Positions 62,951-64,000 of a DNA stretch of 64,000 bases are shown in pieces. The notes beneath the pieces were generated by a model, which was given only the letters and a program-made list of their open reading frames with translations, was not told the origin of the DNA and made no database searches. The stretch comes from Pirellulales bacterium (GTDB taxonomy: Bacteria > Planctomycetota > Planctomycetia > Pirellulales > PALSA-1355): NCBI GenBank assembly GCA_963733035.1, contig CAVTBU010000005.1, positions 1,632,001 to 1,696,000 on the forward strand, written 5' to 3'. The position numbers and the translations under genes were made by a program. The first letter of the stretch is position 1. Each line of letters opens with the position of its first letter.

Positions 62951-64000
62951 CTACGAATCATTCTTCGCATCGGCCGGCCCTGGCAACTCGGCCGCCGTGG
63001 GCTTGGGCTGAGCCGGGTTGCGACGCGGCGGCCTGGAGCCATCCTCGGGCTTTGCCGGCGACCCATCACCGTGATCTCGCCCGCGTTCGTGACGGTGTCG
63101 GTCTGAGCGGCCGCTAAACGGTCTGCGAGATGGACCGCCACTCCGTTCGAAGTACATTTTGCGCAGCTCTTGCAGCATTTCCTCGCGGGGCTTTTGCAGC
63201 AATCGCTCGCGCTCGGCCGGCGGAACTTCGGTCTGCAGGAACTGCAGGAGTTGCTCGCCGACCACGGGGTTGCTGCGCCGGCCATGCTGCCACGATGCCG
63301 ACCGCCGCAGGGAAGCGAAGATCCAGCCGCGCACAAGTTGCCGCTGCTCTTCCAAGGTGGAGGCCTTGGCCAATTCGGCCCGGGCGGCTTCCGAGAGCTT
63401 CGCGGTCAAGCGGTCAAGATCCGCCTGCGTGACCCGCGACGGTTCGTCGCCGCCACGCGAACGGCCAAACAAGCGATAAACCAGTGCCATCTGCTTGGCG
63501 CCCGGATCGGTTTGCTTGTTGTACCAATCGCGAAATTTACCTGGAATGCTGGCCACCAGCGCTTCGCGGTCGCGATCGACAAGTTCGTCAACCCAGCGGC
63601 GAATATCGCGCATATCTTGCCAAGTGAGAGGTTCGAGTCGCTGGGCGTCGCGTTGCACGCGCAGCAGATGTTCCACCTCTCGAATCCGATCGCGGGGCGG
63701 AAGCTCGGCGAGCTTTGCCCGCTCGGTCGTGGTGATCGTCTTGAGCCATTCGTGATAATGTTCGAGGACGGCCAGCAATCGCTCGGAGTTTGGATCGGCC
63801 GTGATCGCCGCCTGCAGCTCGCGCAGGCGCTGCTGTTCGGCGGCCGGCAGGGCATTGAATCGTTCGAACTTGTGCAACAACTCCTGCTGTCTGGCGGGAT
63901 CCATCGCCGCGACTCGGACGCGTCGCGCTTCCAATTCCTCGCTGCTCGGGTTGCCCGACGTGGCCAGTGCCAAAAGCACGACCACCAGCAGCCCTGCGCG
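62951..64000 (-). CDS. Hypothetical membrane-anchored helical protein (DUF3106-like repeats; N-terminus outside window)
   Basis: TM remnant followed by ERFNALPAAEQQRLR-type helical repeats and a Pro/Arg-rich tail. Confidence 0.65.
   Translation of the reverse strand, partial: RAGLLVVVLLALATSGNPSSEELEARRVRVAAMDPARQQELLHKFERFNALPAAEQQRLRELQAAITADPNSERLLAVLEHYHEWLKTITTTERAKLAELPPRDRIREVEHLLRVQRDAQRLEPLTWQDMRDIRRWVDELVDRDREALVASIPGKFRDWYNKQTDPGAKQMALVYRLFGRSRGGDEPSRVTQADLDRLTAKLSEAARAELAKASTLEEQRQLVRGWIFASLRRSASWQHGRRSNPVVGEQLLQFLQTEVPPAERERLLQKPREEMLQELRKMYFERSGGPSRRPFSGRSDRHRHERGRDHGDGSPAKPEDGSRPPRRNPAQPKPTAAELPGPADAKNDS

Noticed and set aside
1..64000. CRISPR array, rRNA, prophage or defence genes
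   Set aside because: No regularly spaced repeats or recognisable motifs seen by eye.

Overview
GC-rich planctomycete DNA, probably Pirellulales-like: three DUF1501 genes, a PSCyt/PSD1 cytochrome protein, a LExRRML export-motif protein, an ECF-sigma/Ser-Thr kinase pair and a PEP-CTERM protein. (1) 1-9.8 kb looks like the right end of an integrated island. It carries a >1249-aa secreted protein absent from the ORF track and a PEP-CTERM protein, both preceded by the identical motif TGTCCGC-N11-ACGGCAATT and divergent from an ECF sigma + TPR kinase pair. It ends at a 3' half of tRNA-Leu(GAG) (att-like site), followed by a decayed integrase. (2) 10.4-25.3 kb is an uncharacterised catabolic locus: SSS transporter, beta-propeller, Nramp-like permease, HpcH aldolase, two DUF1501, Zn-ADH, TIM-barrel isomerase, BKACE, Ldh_2 reductase and two GntR regulators. 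(3) 25-38 kb holds secreted hydrolases (cyclase, two sulfatases, ceramidase-like, BNR sialidase-like), an unannotated 55-aa Cys-rich protein, GyrI-like, an orphan PAS kinase and a YHYH protein. (4) 38-49 kb holds pfkB, usp, a Tad pair, an SQR-like/RND operon and pckA. (5) 49-64 kb holds PSD1/DUF1501, transglutaminase-DUF2126, an oxidoreductase, an FG-GAP protein, a MITE-like repeat, an isomerase and sppA. About a dozen genes have short frameshifts, most likely long-read assembly errors. All family calls come from motif recognition by eye; no database search was run.
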